This document shows, in pieces, positions 29,375-39,131 of a DNA stretch of 64,000 nt. Within the stretch, counting starts at the first letter, position 1; the number at the start of each line of letters is the position of its first letter. Below the pieces are notes generated by a model that saw only the letters and a list, made by a program, of their open reading frames with translations, did no database searches and was not told the DNA's origin. Made by a program: the position numbers and the translations under genes. This stretch comes from an uncultured Candidatus Poseidoniales archaeon (lineage in GTDB: Archaea > Thermoplasmatota > Poseidoniia > Poseidoniales > Thalassarchaeaceae): NCBI GenBank assembly GCA_902593945.1, contig CACJKA010000004.1:13434-77433 (forward strand), read 5' to 3'.

Positions 29375-30322
29375 TGATGCTAATAGCAATGGCAACACAA
29401 TAGTCGCATCAGATTCAATTACAAATTGAGGGGTGTTTGTGTCTATCTTCTCCCAACTAATTTTCTCATTCGGAGGTGCTCCTGAATATCCTCCATAAGA
29501 TGCACTAGACTCAGAAATTTGAGCAAACCAAGACCAAAGGGAAACATCAAGGCCCACATCCTGTCTTAGCATAGGTACAACACATATTGCAAAATCTCCT
29601 GCAATCCCACCTCCGACTTGTAGTAGACCTGTTGGTGAATCATCTTCCCTATACCAGTCTGCTAATGATTGCATGGCATGCAACCCTCCTAATACTATGT
29701 CTGGGGACGGAATTGTACAATCAATAACTCTCGCTGTAAGTATGTTTCCTAATGTCGAGTCTTCCCAACCTGGGACAAATATAGGTAGATTAGCATCTGC
29801 TGCTGCTAGTAACCACGAGTCTTTTGGATTAGCATCAAATTCAAGATTTCCATGCAATAATAAATCGTATAGATATTCGTGAGGAAATCTCCTATCTCCA
29901 ACCTCTGCAGCATCCTTCCAAAGCTCCAATAGAGGCTTCTCAATATTCCTAATCGCTTCTTCCTCGGGGATTGCAACATCTGTAACTCGATTCATACCTC
30001 TCTTTTGTAATTCCTTGTCATCTTCAGCAGTCCAGTTTCTCCAATCTTTTATTTTCTCATATGATGATTTTGCAACTAAATTGAACAAATCTTCTTCAAG
30101 ATTTGCACCGGTACAACAAATTGCATGTATTTTCTGAGACCGAATTGCAGGAGCCAGAGACCTCCCTATCTCTGCAGTCGACATAGCACCTGCCAATGTG
30201 ATCAACATTCGCCCATCATTTTCTAGAAATTCTTGTAAAGATTTACTACATTCAGCAAGGGCACCAGCATTGAAATGTTTGTAATGATATTCAATGAATT
30301 TATTAACATCCATATCAATCAC
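29366..30322 (-). CDS. dys: deoxyhypusine synthase
   Basis: DHS family features: LTLAGAMSTAEIG, CCTGANLEEDLF, and PIFVPGWEDSTLG. 318 aa. This is an archaeal/eukaryal enzyme. Confidence 0.85.
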   Translation of the reverse strand: MIDMDVNKFIEYHYKHFNAGALAECSKSLQEFLENDGRMLITLAGAMSTAEIGRSLAPAIRSQKIHAICCTGANLEEDLFNLVAKSSYEKIKDWRNWTAEDDKELQKRGMNRVTDVAIPEEEAIRNIEKPLLELWKDAAEVGDRRFPHEYLYDLLLHGNLEFDANPKDSWLLAAADANLPIFVPGWEDSTLGNILTARVIDCTIPSPDIVLGGLHAMQSLADWYREDDSPTGLLQVGGGIAGDFAICVVPMLRQDVGLDVSLWSWFAQISESSASYGGYSGAPPNEKISWEKIDTNTPQFVIESDATIVLPLLLASLE

Positions 30323-30326
30323 CTTA

Positions 30327-30698
30327 CTACCTAAATCTTAGAATTTCATCCTTGCCGACAACTTTGATATTTTCCATTTCAGAGACCAATCTTTTATTGA
30401 TAATATCGATAATTATATTCGGATCCGAATCACCACAAGTGAAAGCATCAATTGCTAGTATACCCTTATCATAGTAACAATGCGCGCTAACATGACTTTC
30501 GTCTAACAATACAACTGCTGCGAATCCAGCCGGACTTTTGCTCCCATCAAACTCTTCGACGTGGGAGTGAACTTCTCTTACTTTTGCAGAATTTACAGCA
30601 TAACGCATCAACTCTAACATCCAGGAACCATCTCGAACCTCATTAAAATCACAATGTGAATAATCTACACAAACTTGTTTTCCATGTGAGTTAGTCAT
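30327..30698 (-). CDS. speH: S-adenosylmethionine decarboxylase proenzyme (class 1, pyruvoyl)
   Basis: Self-cleavage motif context VVLLDESHVSAHCY (E-S cleavage site). 123 aa. Adjacent to dys, which fits the spermidine/hypusine pathway. Confidence 0.8.
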   Translation of the reverse strand: MTNSHGKQVCVDYSHCDFNEVRDGSWMLELMRYAVNSAKVREVHSHVEEFDGSKSPAGFAAVVLLDESHVSAHCYYDKGILAIDAFTCGDSDPNIIIDIINKRLVSEMENIKVVGKDEILRFR

Positions 30699-30815
30699 GC
30701 TTATTCTTCCTGTATTTTCTTCAAACTTGCAACTTACGCCGGTCGCTTACTGTAGTATGTGCAACGCTTCCCTTTTGAAATGTCGGCCATTACCATGTTA
30801 ATTTTAATTTTTGAT

Positions 30816-32009
30816 TTAAATTAACCATTTTTTCAAACGCTTTAAACCTTCAAAGATAACTTTCTCATCTGCTGCATAAGAAATTCTTACAAATCCTTCT
30901 CCGCCTTTAATCAGGGACGCTGGAATTAACTGAACCCCTGCTTCTAGAGCGCCATCCGCGAATTCAATATCGCTCATCCCCGTTCCTGTGACGTCTACGA
31001 ATGCATAGAATGCACCTTCTAGGTCGCCAATTCTTAAACCCGGAATTTCAGACAAACCTTCCTTTATAATACTCCTTCTCTTCAAATATTCAGAATTAAA
31101 TTCTTCCACATAATTGTCGCAAGAAAGTGCAACTCTTGCTGCTTCCATCATGAATGTAGGTACGTGGGATGCAGAATTAGCTTGTGATTTAATAGCCGCT
31201 TTCATAGCGTTTTCAGGCCCTGTAAGAAACCCCAATCTCATCCCAGTCATCGCCCAAGATTTAGACCAACCATTGATTACTAATGTTCTTTCTTTTCCTC
31301 CTGGGCAAGTTGCAGGAGAGATATGAGGATAATCAGTCCAGTTTAGTCTAGCGTAGATTTCGTCAGAAACGATCCACAAATCATATTCTACAGCAATTTT
31401 GACAATTTCAGAAATTTCTTCAGGAGTAAATACCGCTCCTGTGGGGTTATTCGGTGAGTTCAACAAAATCATTGTTGTTTTCTCATTAACAGCAGATCTA
31501 ATTGCATCAATATCTGGATGAAAATTATCTTTTCTTACAGGTACGTGTACAGGAACTGCACCAATAAATTCTAACATTGGTTCATATGAAGCCCAAGACG
31601 GTGCTAACAGTATTGCTTCGTCCCCAGGCATTGTAGTGATCATAAATGAATATAGCAATGCCTGTTTAGCCCCAGGGGTAATAACAACGTTTTCTGCATT
31701 AGTTTCTATTCCATGTTTTTCAAAAAGATAATCTGCTACTGATTGACATAACTCCATTGAACCAGCACCTCTAGTATACTTTGTATTTTTTTCATTTAAC
31801 TCGTTAATGGCCGCATCAATTATTTCCGAGGGAGTATCGAATCCCGGCTCTCCAACAGTCCACCTTACTACTTCTGGGCCAGGCGGCTGTAGATAGGGTG
31901 CGAACCCCACCCCTAATCCATCATAGCGCGATGAAACGTTCGGCATGATGTCTAGGAGGAGTACCAACACCATCAAGATTTTTGACACTCTCTTTCGAAG
32001 AATATTCAA
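30816..32009 (-). CDS. class I/II pyridoxal-phosphate aminotransferase (aspartate aminotransferase-like)
   Basis: LLNSPNNPTGAVF and PLP-lysine context NGWSKSWAMTGMRLGF. The true start may be the internal ATG at 31946 (MPNVSSRY). Confidence 0.85.
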   Translation of the reverse strand: MNILRKRVSKILMVLVLLLDIMPNVSSRYDGLGVGFAPYLQPPGPEVVRWTVGEPGFDTPSEIIDAAINELNEKNTKYTRGAGSMELCQSVADYLFEKHGIETNAENVVITPGAKQALLYSFMITTMPGDEAILLAPSWASYEPMLEFIGAVPVHVPVRKDNFHPDIDAIRSAVNEKTTMILLNSPNNPTGAVFTPEEISEIVKIAVEYDLWIVSDEIYARLNWTDYPHISPATCPGGKERTLVINGWSKSWAMTGMRLGFLTGPENAMKAAIKSQANSASHVPTFMMEAARVALSCDNYVEEFNSEYLKRRSIIKEGLSEIPGLRIGDLEGAFYAFVDVTGTGMSDIEFADGALEAGVQLIPASLIKGGEGFVRISYAADEKVIFEGLKRLKKWLI

Positions 32010-32036
32010 AGATAAAGTCTGTTACGGCTATTCAAC

Positions 32037-32110
32037 GCATGGGTGGCAGAGTAGCTATGCAGCGGACTGCAAATCCGCGGACCTGGGTGCAAATCCCGGC
32101 CTGTGCTCCA
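32037..32110 (+). tRNA. tRNA-Cys (anticodon GCA), CCA encoded
   Basis: Acceptor stem GCATGGG/CCTGTGC (2 G-U pairs), anticodon stem GCGGA/TCCGC with loop CTGCAAA, T-arm CTGGG-TGCAAAT-CCCGG, and terminal TCCA. Confidence 0.85.
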
Positions 32111-32135
32111 ATTGAATTGTTTTAGCGGATGCTTT

Positions 32136-32567
32136 TTATTTCCATTCCATATCATAATGAGGCCCTATATTTTCAATCTCAAAAATATCTGACACAATTT
32201 CAAAACCACATCTTGCATACATTGGTACTGCTCTGATTCTTGCATTGCACCATATTCCCGTATTTTCTTCACCTGCTTTCCTTTGTAATTCTTTGACAAT
32301 CTCAGAACCTATTCCTTTATTTCGATATTCTGAGTCTACGGCCATACCTCTTATTCGATATTTACAGCCTTTTCTTGAATCAACCTGAAGAGTAGAACAT
32401 CCAACCATTTTTTCGCCAATATAGGAACAAAGGAATTTTGTCCTAGGGTCATTGTCTACCTTAGGATAATGTTCAGTTCCTCTTGGCATACCTATTCTTA
32501 GAACTCTAAATCTTAAATCAAGATGATCTTTATTCATTGAATCCGACCAAACTAATCGGTGCTCCAT
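32136..32567 (-). CDS. GNAT family N-acetyltransferase
   Basis: Acetyl-CoA binding motif A: IRGMAVDSEYRNKGIGSEIVKEL. Confidence 0.8.
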   Translation of the reverse strand: MEHRLVWSDSMNKDHLDLRFRVLRIGMPRGTEHYPKVDNDPRTKFLCSYIGEKMVGCSTLQVDSRKGCKYRIRGMAVDSEYRNKGIGSEIVKELQRKAGEENTGIWCNARIRAVPMYARCGFEIVSDIFEIENIGPHYDMEWK

Positions 32568-32643
32568 AATTGTGCGAGTTACTATTACATCAAGAACCCA
32601 TCTTTAGGGTTGGTTTGAAATCACTTAACGTCTTGGTATTGTT

Positions 32644-33054
32644 ATGACCGAGGAGAACCCGCCGGATTGGCGCATCTATTTTTTCTTAGGTTCAATGCTT
32701 TTAATCAATACAATTTTCATAAAAATTTCATTTTCTTGGCCTTGGGATTCAGAATCTTTTACTCTTGGAGTAATGGGGCTTATTGGATTAACAATGTGGT
32801 ATGTCTCTTGGTATCGATTTACATTCAAAAGACGCGGATTAGTTCCATGGTTGGACTTATGGATAAATCCTGAGAGCTCCTCAAAAAAATTATTTTTATT
32901 TTCATTTACTATTCTTATACTATCATATCTTTTAGGACAAGACCAGCTTTTTTTCCCAGATCCAACATCATTGATTTTTTCTTTGGTAGCATTATTGACG
33001 TTTATTCAAGCAACCTATGTGTTTCTCAGTGTAACAATTCTTTCAGATGATTGA
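32644..33054 (+). CDS. integral membrane protein, function unknown
   Basis: 136 aa with 4 hydrophobic segments. Confidence 0.45.
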   Translation: MTEENPPDWRIYFFLGSMLLINTIFIKISFSWPWDSESFTLGVMGLIGLTMWYVSWYRFTFKRRGLVPWLDLWINPESSSKKLFLFSFTILILSYLLGQDQLFFPDPTSLIFSLVALLTFIQATYVFLSVTILSDD

Positions 33055-33055
33055 A

Positions 33056-33595
33056 TTATCTTTTCCCAGGTTTCCAGAATTGTAATGGTAATGCTTCTTT
33101 TCCTTGCATTGCACGGAATGCTAAATGGTCGGCTCTTTCATTCCAACGATGCCCTCTATGTGCTCTAACATGTTCCTTACTTAAATCACGAAGAGAAGAA
33201 ACTTCTTTCCATAACTTCTGAACATTCAACGCCAATTCTTTATTTGCTTTAGCTTTCCAAATGCCTGAACCAATATTCAGGGCATATTGGGAATCTCCTC
33301 TAATCACTGCGGGTTCATTGCCCCCCTCAATTAGTAGCCATTTTAGTGCATGAGCAAGAGCGCATAACTCAGCAGTATTATTCGACCCAACTTCTGAACC
33401 AATATATTCACTTGATGTTTTTTTTGTGATTACTGGCCCACTTTTTTCCGTGATGATTTCTCCTTGTCCTTTTCCCAAACCAGTATCTCCTATCACTACA
33501 CAAAACCCCCATCCAGCAGGAGTATCGGATGATACATTTCTGTTTTCTTCACAAGAACCATCAACATAAATTGAAATCTTGCGATGAATAGTCAT
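33056..33595 (-). CDS. rnhA: ribonuclease HI
   Basis: DEDD residues in context: IYVDGSC, NNTAELCALAHAL, IRGDSQYAL and HRGHRWNERADHLA. Confidence 0.85.
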   Translation of the reverse strand: MTIHRKISIYVDGSCEENRNVSSDTPAGWGFCVVIGDTGLGKGQGEIITEKSGPVITKKTSSEYIGSEVGSNNTAELCALAHALKWLLIEGGNEPAVIRGDSQYALNIGSGIWKAKANKELALNVQKLWKEVSSLRDLSKEHVRAHRGHRWNERADHLAFRAMQGKEALPLQFWKPGKR

Positions 33596-33598
33596 TAC

Positions 33599-33994
33599 TT
33601 ATTCCTCAATTAGAGACTTGTATGCTGCAGCATCAAGAAGAGCATCAAGTTCTCCAGAATCCTCCATTCTCATTTTACAGATCCAACCGTCGCCATAAGG
33701 GTCGGTATTTACTGTTTCAGGAGCATCCTCTAAATCTTCATTTATTTCTGTAACTTCGCCGGAAACCGGAGCATAGATTTCACTCACTGACTTAACAGAT
33801 TCAACATTTGCAAACGATTCCATTGATTTTACAGAGACTCCTAGTTCCGGTAATTCTACCCAAACAACATCGGTCAAAGCATTCTGAGCATAGTCAGTAA
33901 TTCCGACAACAATTTCATTTCCTTCGACTCTAATCCATTCATGCTCTTTAGTATAAATCAGTTCTTCAGGTATTTCGCTCATGGGTATCGCCAA
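33599..33994 (-). CDS. gcvH: glycine cleavage system protein H
   Basis: YTKEHEWIRVEG..VVGITDYAQNAL.DVVWVELPE, lipoyl-lysine context ANVESVKSVSEIYAPVSGEV, and DPYGDGWI. Confidence 0.9.
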   Translation of the reverse strand: MAIPMSEIPEELIYTKEHEWIRVEGNEIVVGITDYAQNALTDVVWVELPELGVSVKSMESFANVESVKSVSEIYAPVSGEVTEINEDLEDAPETVNTDPYGDGWICKMRMEDSGELDALLDAAAYKSLIEE

Positions 33995-34033
33995 CCCTTA
34001 CGAGGGTATTCCAAGAGTCAAGGTTTCGCTTCA

Positions 34034-34423
34034 TCATTCTTCTTCTAATTTGATTTCCAAATGCTTTTTTTCCATTTCAGACCAACCCGAACCCATATTA
34101 TCTCCGCTAGCATCTAGTTGTTCTTGTTTGAGTCTAGCTCTCATTTCATCTTCTTCTTCTCTACTAATCCATCTATCCAGAATGCCTTTCTCATGTTCTT
34201 TTCCTTTAGAAAAGTGCAATAATAAGTACAAAGTAATACTAAGGGAAAGAATTATTGGAAATATTAATGTGAAATTATCTTTTTCTACACATTCACTACC
34301 TTCACAACCCAATATTCGAATTAAACCTTCAGATATTGCTAGAGCAGTCATTAGCGAGAATGATAAAATTACTCCAATCAAAATTCTTTGAACTCTATTT
34401 GCTGGTGAATCCATAAAAATCAC
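34034..34423 (-). CDS. small membrane protein with acidic/coiled C-terminus
   Basis: 129 aa with two TM helices. No motif. Confidence 0.4.
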   Translation of the reverse strand: MIFMDSPANRVQRILIGVILSFSLMTALAISEGLIRILGCEGSECVEKDNFTLIFPIILSLSITLYLLLHFSKGKEHEKGILDRWISREEEDEMRARLKQEQLDASGDNMGSGWSEMEKKHLEIKLEEE

Positions 34424-34456
34424 CTTCGGAGGATATATATTATCTCATACATTAGT

Positions 34457-35032
34457 TTACTCCAATAATTTATGAATCTTGTATGGTAAAAGTGCCCTAT
34501 TAACCGGCGTCACCTCTAACACCCTGCCATCGTCTCTTCTACGAATATCTTGTAATAATGGGTGCCTACTCTTTTTGTGTAAAGTCATCAAAGTTGGTTT
34601 ATCATATTCCAAAGCAGCACGAACAGCCGCAACAAAACCTTCACTTTCAACTGAAAATTTACCAACTTCATCAATTACTAAAACTTCACATTCATCCAAT
34701 GCATCAAGTATTGCAGGTACCGCAACTCTATCTAGTTCAGTCGGGTCAATTCCATATCCTAATATACGAGTTCTAGAATCTATATTTCGGTGTGCAATAA
34801 CGCCTTTCTCGCCAGTTCTTACATCTACACAAGCATACCCTACTCTTTCGCCATTTTCCATTATGGCTTCTGTTTGCACTCCTCCAATAATATCTTTGTA
34901 CATTTTTCTAGAGTTATTTTTTCTTTCGTCCTGCACCATCTGCATCACTTTTTGTAATACTGCTGATTTACCAGATCTAGGTAACCCTGTAATGCCAATT
35001 TTTGGATATATTCCCATATTACAAACCTTCAT
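34457..35032 (-). CDS. THEP1/NTPase-1 family nucleoside triphosphatase
   Basis: Walker A KIGITGLPRSGKSAV and Walker B-like LVIDEVGKFSVES. The start is probably MGIYPK. The 210-aa plus-strand ORF at 34479..35111 is an antisense shadow. Confidence 0.75.
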   Translation of the reverse strand: MKVCNMGIYPKIGITGLPRSGKSAVLQKVMQMVQDERKNNSRKMYKDIIGGVQTEAIMENGERVGYACVDVRTGEKGVIAHRNIDSRTRILGYGIDPTELDRVAVPAILDALDECEVLVIDEVGKFSVESEGFVAAVRAALEYDKPTLMTLHKKSRHPLLQDIRRRDDGRVLEVTPVNRALLPYKIHKLLE

Positions 35033-35166
35033 TTCTTTGCTTTGCGATGCAAGACGGTTTCACCGAGGTCAAGCGTATGTATTAATGGGTTTGGTATTTT
35101 TTAGTCATTAAAACCGAACAAAGGAAAATAATTACCGGAAACCGAAACCATCTTTTCCGGATTACG

Positions 35167-37188
35167 TTATTGTATTGCTATTGAACGTATTTTATTCGGT
35201 TTAGGGAATGGAAGATTTTCAATTTCATAATTATTTACATTGTTGTTAGCAGCCCATGCTCGAGACCAAAGATCTAATGTTTCTGAATTTAGATGTATTG
35301 CTAACCAATTCAATCCTTTATCTACTGAGCCATGCTCTTCCGCAATTCTCTCCATTACTTCATTTGGTAGTTCTAAGAAGTTCACCGAATTTCCTAAAAC
35401 ACAATCTGAAGGTACTACGGCCCACCTTAATCTCCTTTCTAATTGAGCATTGACAATAGCTTGACAAGCAAGCCTAGGTTTTCCTTTCGGTCTAATCGAA
35501 CCATTCCATTTCGCTTGTGTTCTCTGAACAGAATCTTCCTTTAGGCCACTTACATATGCTGGATGGATTATACTGATATCATCACCTTTAGTTGAGAAAT
35601 GAGTGCCTCTAATGAAGGCAGTACCTCTTGAACCAGGTTTCCAATCCGTAATTTCTTCTGACCAGTTTGTTTGATCGATTTCGCCTACTCTTACTCGAAT
35701 AGGTTTACCGGTAGGATTTAACCAATTATTTTCTTCAGAAAGTTTTGGCTGTTCGGCCAATTCAGTAATGGCTCTGACAATTCTCCTCCTATCATATTCA
35801 TCTCTGGGCATTCTAGGAACTGACCAATTTCCATCGGTCCAACTACTCCATGATTTTCGAACCATGTCAAAAGTTGGTACGCTTTTTGCTAATCCGTTTT
35901 GTGGAGTAATTTCGTTGGTATGCAGAGGCCCATAACTAGTCATAGCTTCTGTCTCTCCACCTTTTGTTATACCTATAACTAAAACACCCTGTGAAACACC
36001 TGGGAAAATTCGTTGATTCTCTGGGAATGACCAAGAAGAATTCCATCTATTTTTCTCAACCATCAATTTACGGAGAGGAATACTACTCTTTTCCCGTAAT
36101 AGTGAGTCAGGAACAATCATTCTTACTCGTCCATCTTTTCTGACGAGTTGCATTCCTCTTTCTAAGAATAAACGATAGAGATTCACATTTCCTCTTAGTG
36201 TTGAAAATCTTCTAGTTCCATCTTTATTTGTAGTATTTCTCAATTGCCGAGATAATTCTTTTCTCAGCTCACTACCCTCTGGATGCCCTCTAAACCGATC
36301 TTTTATTCTCAACCACGGAGGCCTACAAACCAACAGTCCCGGTTTCTCATCCCATGGCCACTCTCCTCTCAGAGCATCTCCGTATCGAACTGATTTCTCT
36401 AGAATTTTTTCAACATCTTTTCTTCCAATCTTTCCGACATCTCCTTTACCATCTAAATCCACTAAATCGCACCTTGAAAGAGCAATTAAGATTCTTCGGC
36501 GTGCACATTTGATTGCAACTTCTGAGTTATCTAACATCTGAAAACCGTTTAGTAAAAGTAAAGTATCCTTTTTTCTTTCCGCAGGAGTGAATTTCTCACT
36601 TCTATCTGCATGTATCCGAATCAGTCTAGCCGCGAAGACACCCGCACTTACTGAGGGGTCAGCGAAAGGTATTGCAATCCCTGTACGTGTTTGTAGGCCA
36701 TTGTTGTCATTGCCAGAATCATCATTCTTTTCTTCTGTTACATCTTGATTAAATTTCTGAGCGTATGCTCTAAAGCTAGGTGGTAAAGCAGAAAGTGAAA
36801 GTGCAGCAGAAGGCTCTTTCGAAGTTTCTTCTTTTGTATCTTTCAGTTCGTCTGAGAGTATAGATTCTGCAAATTTAGCAGGAGTGGCATAAGCCCCTCT
36901 AGGAGATCGCCCATCGCTTTCGGCTTCATTCCGTGCTAATAGATGATCAAGAACTGCACCAGGGTCTGAAAGGAGTCCAGCCGGTAATGTCGGCCAATGA
37001 TTTGGTAAAGTAGCTGCAATCGGGATTCCGTGGCGAGTAGCTTCTTCCCAAGAATCTAACCAAGTATCTAGTTGTTCAACCCTATCGGAACACTCTCTGT
37101 CAAGCCTTGCGTACCAACCGGATGCGTCACTAACCATAGAAATACAGAGGTCGCGACAAGGGTTCCCTCTTTGAAGGAGTCGGCTCAA
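35167..37188 (-). CDS. Eco57I/Alw26I-family N6-adenine DNA methyltransferase homolog with degenerate motifs I and IV
   Basis: Family hallmarks in order: RGAYATPAKFAESIL (GxYYTP-like), FADPSVSAGVFAARL in place of DPACGSG.F, LLVCRPPWLRIK in place of (N/D)PP(Y/W), NLYRLFLERGMQLVRKDGRVRMIVPDSLL, and C-terminal NNYEIENLPFP. Confidence 0.6.
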   Translation of the reverse strand: MSRLLQRGNPCRDLCISMVSDASGWYARLDRECSDRVEQLDTWLDSWEEATRHGIPIAATLPNHWPTLPAGLLSDPGAVLDHLLARNEAESDGRSPRGAYATPAKFAESILSDELKDTKEETSKEPSAALSLSALPPSFRAYAQKFNQDVTEEKNDDSGNDNNGLQTRTGIAIPFADPSVSAGVFAARLIRIHADRSEKFTPAERKKDTLLLLNGFQMLDNSEVAIKCARRRILIALSRCDLVDLDGKGDVGKIGRKDVEKILEKSVRYGDALRGEWPWDEKPGLLVCRPPWLRIKDRFRGHPEGSELRKELSRQLRNTTNKDGTRRFSTLRGNVNLYRLFLERGMQLVRKDGRVRMIVPDSLLREKSSIPLRKLMVEKNRWNSSWSFPENQRIFPGVSQGVLVIGITKGGETEAMTSYGPLHTNEITPQNGLAKSVPTFDMVRKSWSSWTDGNWSVPRMPRDEYDRRRIVRAITELAEQPKLSEENNWLNPTGKPIRVRVGEIDQTNWSEEITDWKPGSRGTAFIRGTHFSTKGDDISIIHPAYVSGLKEDSVQRTQAKWNGSIRPKGKPRLACQAIVNAQLERRLRWAVVPSDCVLGNSVNFLELPNEVMERIAEEHGSVDKGLNWLAIHLNSETLDLWSRAWAANNNVNNYEIENLPFPKPNKIRSIAIQ

Positions 37189-37211
37189 AACGGGGTCTCT
37201 TACCTATCGTT

Positions 37212-37874
37212 TTATATGTCTAAAGCAAAATGATCTTGTTCCAACTCAATAACAATTTGTTTTTGAAGTAGCCAAGTTATTGCCTCATCAACCTCATCAT
37301 CTCTTATTCCAATTTCACTTAATTCTTGTAATAATAAGTCAAAGTGTACAGATGTAAGTCCTTTAGAATTTAATAATTCCATTACATGAATAATATGTTC
37401 TGAAACAATTGCTAGCAAAGGATCATCTCCAAACTCTAGATTTGTGTAGTCAACTGCTGGAAACCCATCAACATCATCTTCATTTTTTCCAATTTCAATT
37501 CCATGTTTATTTTCAGTTTCATAGATATCGAATAGATTTTTCTGATGCGGGTCTTTTCGTATAACTCCTTCAGCAATTTCTCGTTGCCTCTTGAGGCGTT
37601 TTGCTAAAGTCTCTAATCTGTGTAATCTTTGTTCAAGGCGTAATTTCTCCCTTCCTAATTGCCCTTCAATAAGTTGCAATTCTTCCTTTGCTCTTTCATC
37701 CAACCACATTGATATATCCCATGAGGGGTCAAGTCTGAGCATCGTTTCCCATAATTCTGCAATAGAATCAGGCAAAGTTTTGACGTCTATTCGAGGACTC
37801 CCTTCACTATCATCGGAACTGTGTTCCATACCGTCTGATTTGTAGTGGACCTCTATCAAGTATCGTATCCTCAA
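37212..37874 (-). CDS. hypothetical coiled-coil protein, upstream partner of the methyltransferase-like gene
   Basis: 220-aa ORF lying 23 nt upstream of 35167..37188 on the same strand. Central coiled coil (EELQLIEGQLGREKLRLEQRLHRLETLAKRLKRQREIAEG). The start is probably MEHSSDD. Confidence 0.45.
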   Translation of the reverse strand: MRIRYLIEVHYKSDGMEHSSDDSEGSPRIDVKTLPDSIAELWETMLRLDPSWDISMWLDERAKEELQLIEGQLGREKLRLEQRLHRLETLAKRLKRQREIAEGVIRKDPHQKNLFDIYETENKHGIEIGKNEDDVDGFPAVDYTNLEFGDDPLLAIVSEHIIHVMELLNSKGLTSVHFDLLLQELSEIGIRDDEVDEAITWLLQKQIVIELEQDHFALDI

Positions 37875-37897
37875 TTGTCAATTGTCGAATAGTTGGA

Positions 37898-39112
37898 TTG
37901 ATGAAGGAAAAGCATCTGCCACGTGTCATGGCCGAGTATCGAGTGACAGTATTGCCCGGAGACGGAACTGGCAAAGAAGTCATGGCTGAGGCCATGCGTG
38001 TACTATCAGTATTCGAGAAAAACAGCCCAATATCATTTAAAATCACAGAAATTCCTTGTGGAGGAGAATATTATCTTGAAACGGGCAAAGAATGGCCTGA
38101 AGGTTCATTTGAACATTGTAGAGATAATTCAGACGCCATACTGCTCGGCGCTATAGGATGGCCAGGCGCACGTCTCCCGAATGGCGATCTTGCAGGCGGA
38201 CAAGTAATTCTAGGCCTTCGTTCCGGATTAAACCTCTATGCTAATGTTCGGCCAGTTAAGTTATTTCAGGGTGTGAAGCATAAAGTCCATGGTATTCACA
38301 AAGATATATGGGATCCGAATCTTGTAGATATGGTCATGGTTAGAGAAAATACTGAAGGATTATACCATTCATTATTGAGACGTATGTCGCAGAAGGCGAT
38401 AGGTGAGAAAGACGAGAAAATGGTCATAGAAAAGTTTCCGGGATTAGATGGTGAGGTGGCTTGGGACCCCCGACCAATTTCAAGAATAGGTAGTGAGCGT
38501 GTAATTAAATTCGCCTTTGACTTAGCAGAACACCGCCAAAGGAAACTTGGCCGGCCACAAAAAGTCACTTGTGTTGACAAATCCAATGTAACGCGCGGAT
38601 GTCAATTATTCCGGAAAGTATTTCATGAGATAGCTGAGGAAAAATATCCAGACATTGAGATTAATGAAGCGTATATCGATGCCTTTACAATGTGGCTAAT
38701 AAGAGATCCTGAATCGTTGGATGTTGTAGTTCTACCAAATATGTTTGGAGATATTGCTACTGATTTGGCCTCGGTTCTTCAAGGAGGAATGGGCATGGCA
38801 GGAAGCGCAAATCTAGGCCCCAAGCACATGTTATTCGAACCTGTACACGGTTCTTCTCCAAAGCACGCGGGAAAAAATACAGTAAATCCAATGGCAACTC
38901 TTTCGTCTCTACAAATGATGTTTGAAGCCCTTGGTTTCCGTAAAAATGATTCAGATTTAGATAAATGTGCCGACATTCTAATGCAGGCTATGGAAGAGCA
39001 CTTTGCAGAGGGAGGATGTGTAACTTACGATCTTGGTGGAACAGCATCAACTAGTGACGTTGGAACCGCTATCGCAGAGCGTTGTGAGAATTTATTGAAA
39101 GAACACTTCTAG
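37898..39112 (+). CDS. isopropylmalate / tartrate / isocitrate dehydrogenase family protein
   Basis: VLPGDGTGKEV, NLYANVRP, VRENTEGLY, NMFGDIATDLAS, GSANLG and EPVHGSSPKHAGKNTVNPMA. The start may be MAEYRV at 37928. Confidence 0.85.
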   Translation: MMKEKHLPRVMAEYRVTVLPGDGTGKEVMAEAMRVLSVFEKNSPISFKITEIPCGGEYYLETGKEWPEGSFEHCRDNSDAILLGAIGWPGARLPNGDLAGGQVILGLRSGLNLYANVRPVKLFQGVKHKVHGIHKDIWDPNLVDMVMVRENTEGLYHSLLRRMSQKAIGEKDEKMVIEKFPGLDGEVAWDPRPISRIGSERVIKFAFDLAEHRQRKLGRPQKVTCVDKSNVTRGCQLFRKVFHEIAEEKYPDIEINEAYIDAFTMWLIRDPESLDVVVLPNMFGDIATDLASVLQGGMGMAGSANLGPKHMLFEPVHGSSPKHAGKNTVNPMATLSSLQMMFEALGFRKNDSDLDKCADILMQAMEEHFAEGGCVTYDLGGTASTSDVGTAIAERCENLLKEHF

Positions 39113-39131
39113 TTCTATTACTGGTGAAATA

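Noticed and set aside
34479-35111. 210-aa plus-strand ORF overlapping the THEP1 NTPase gene
   Set aside because: It is an antisense shadow of a well-supported minus-strand gene. Its translation is low-complexity (S/T/L/C rich) with no motif. The same reasoning applies to 33981..34391, 1016..1231, 1554..1877, 3234..3748 and 5127..5528, and to the other short ORFs nested antisense in confident genes.
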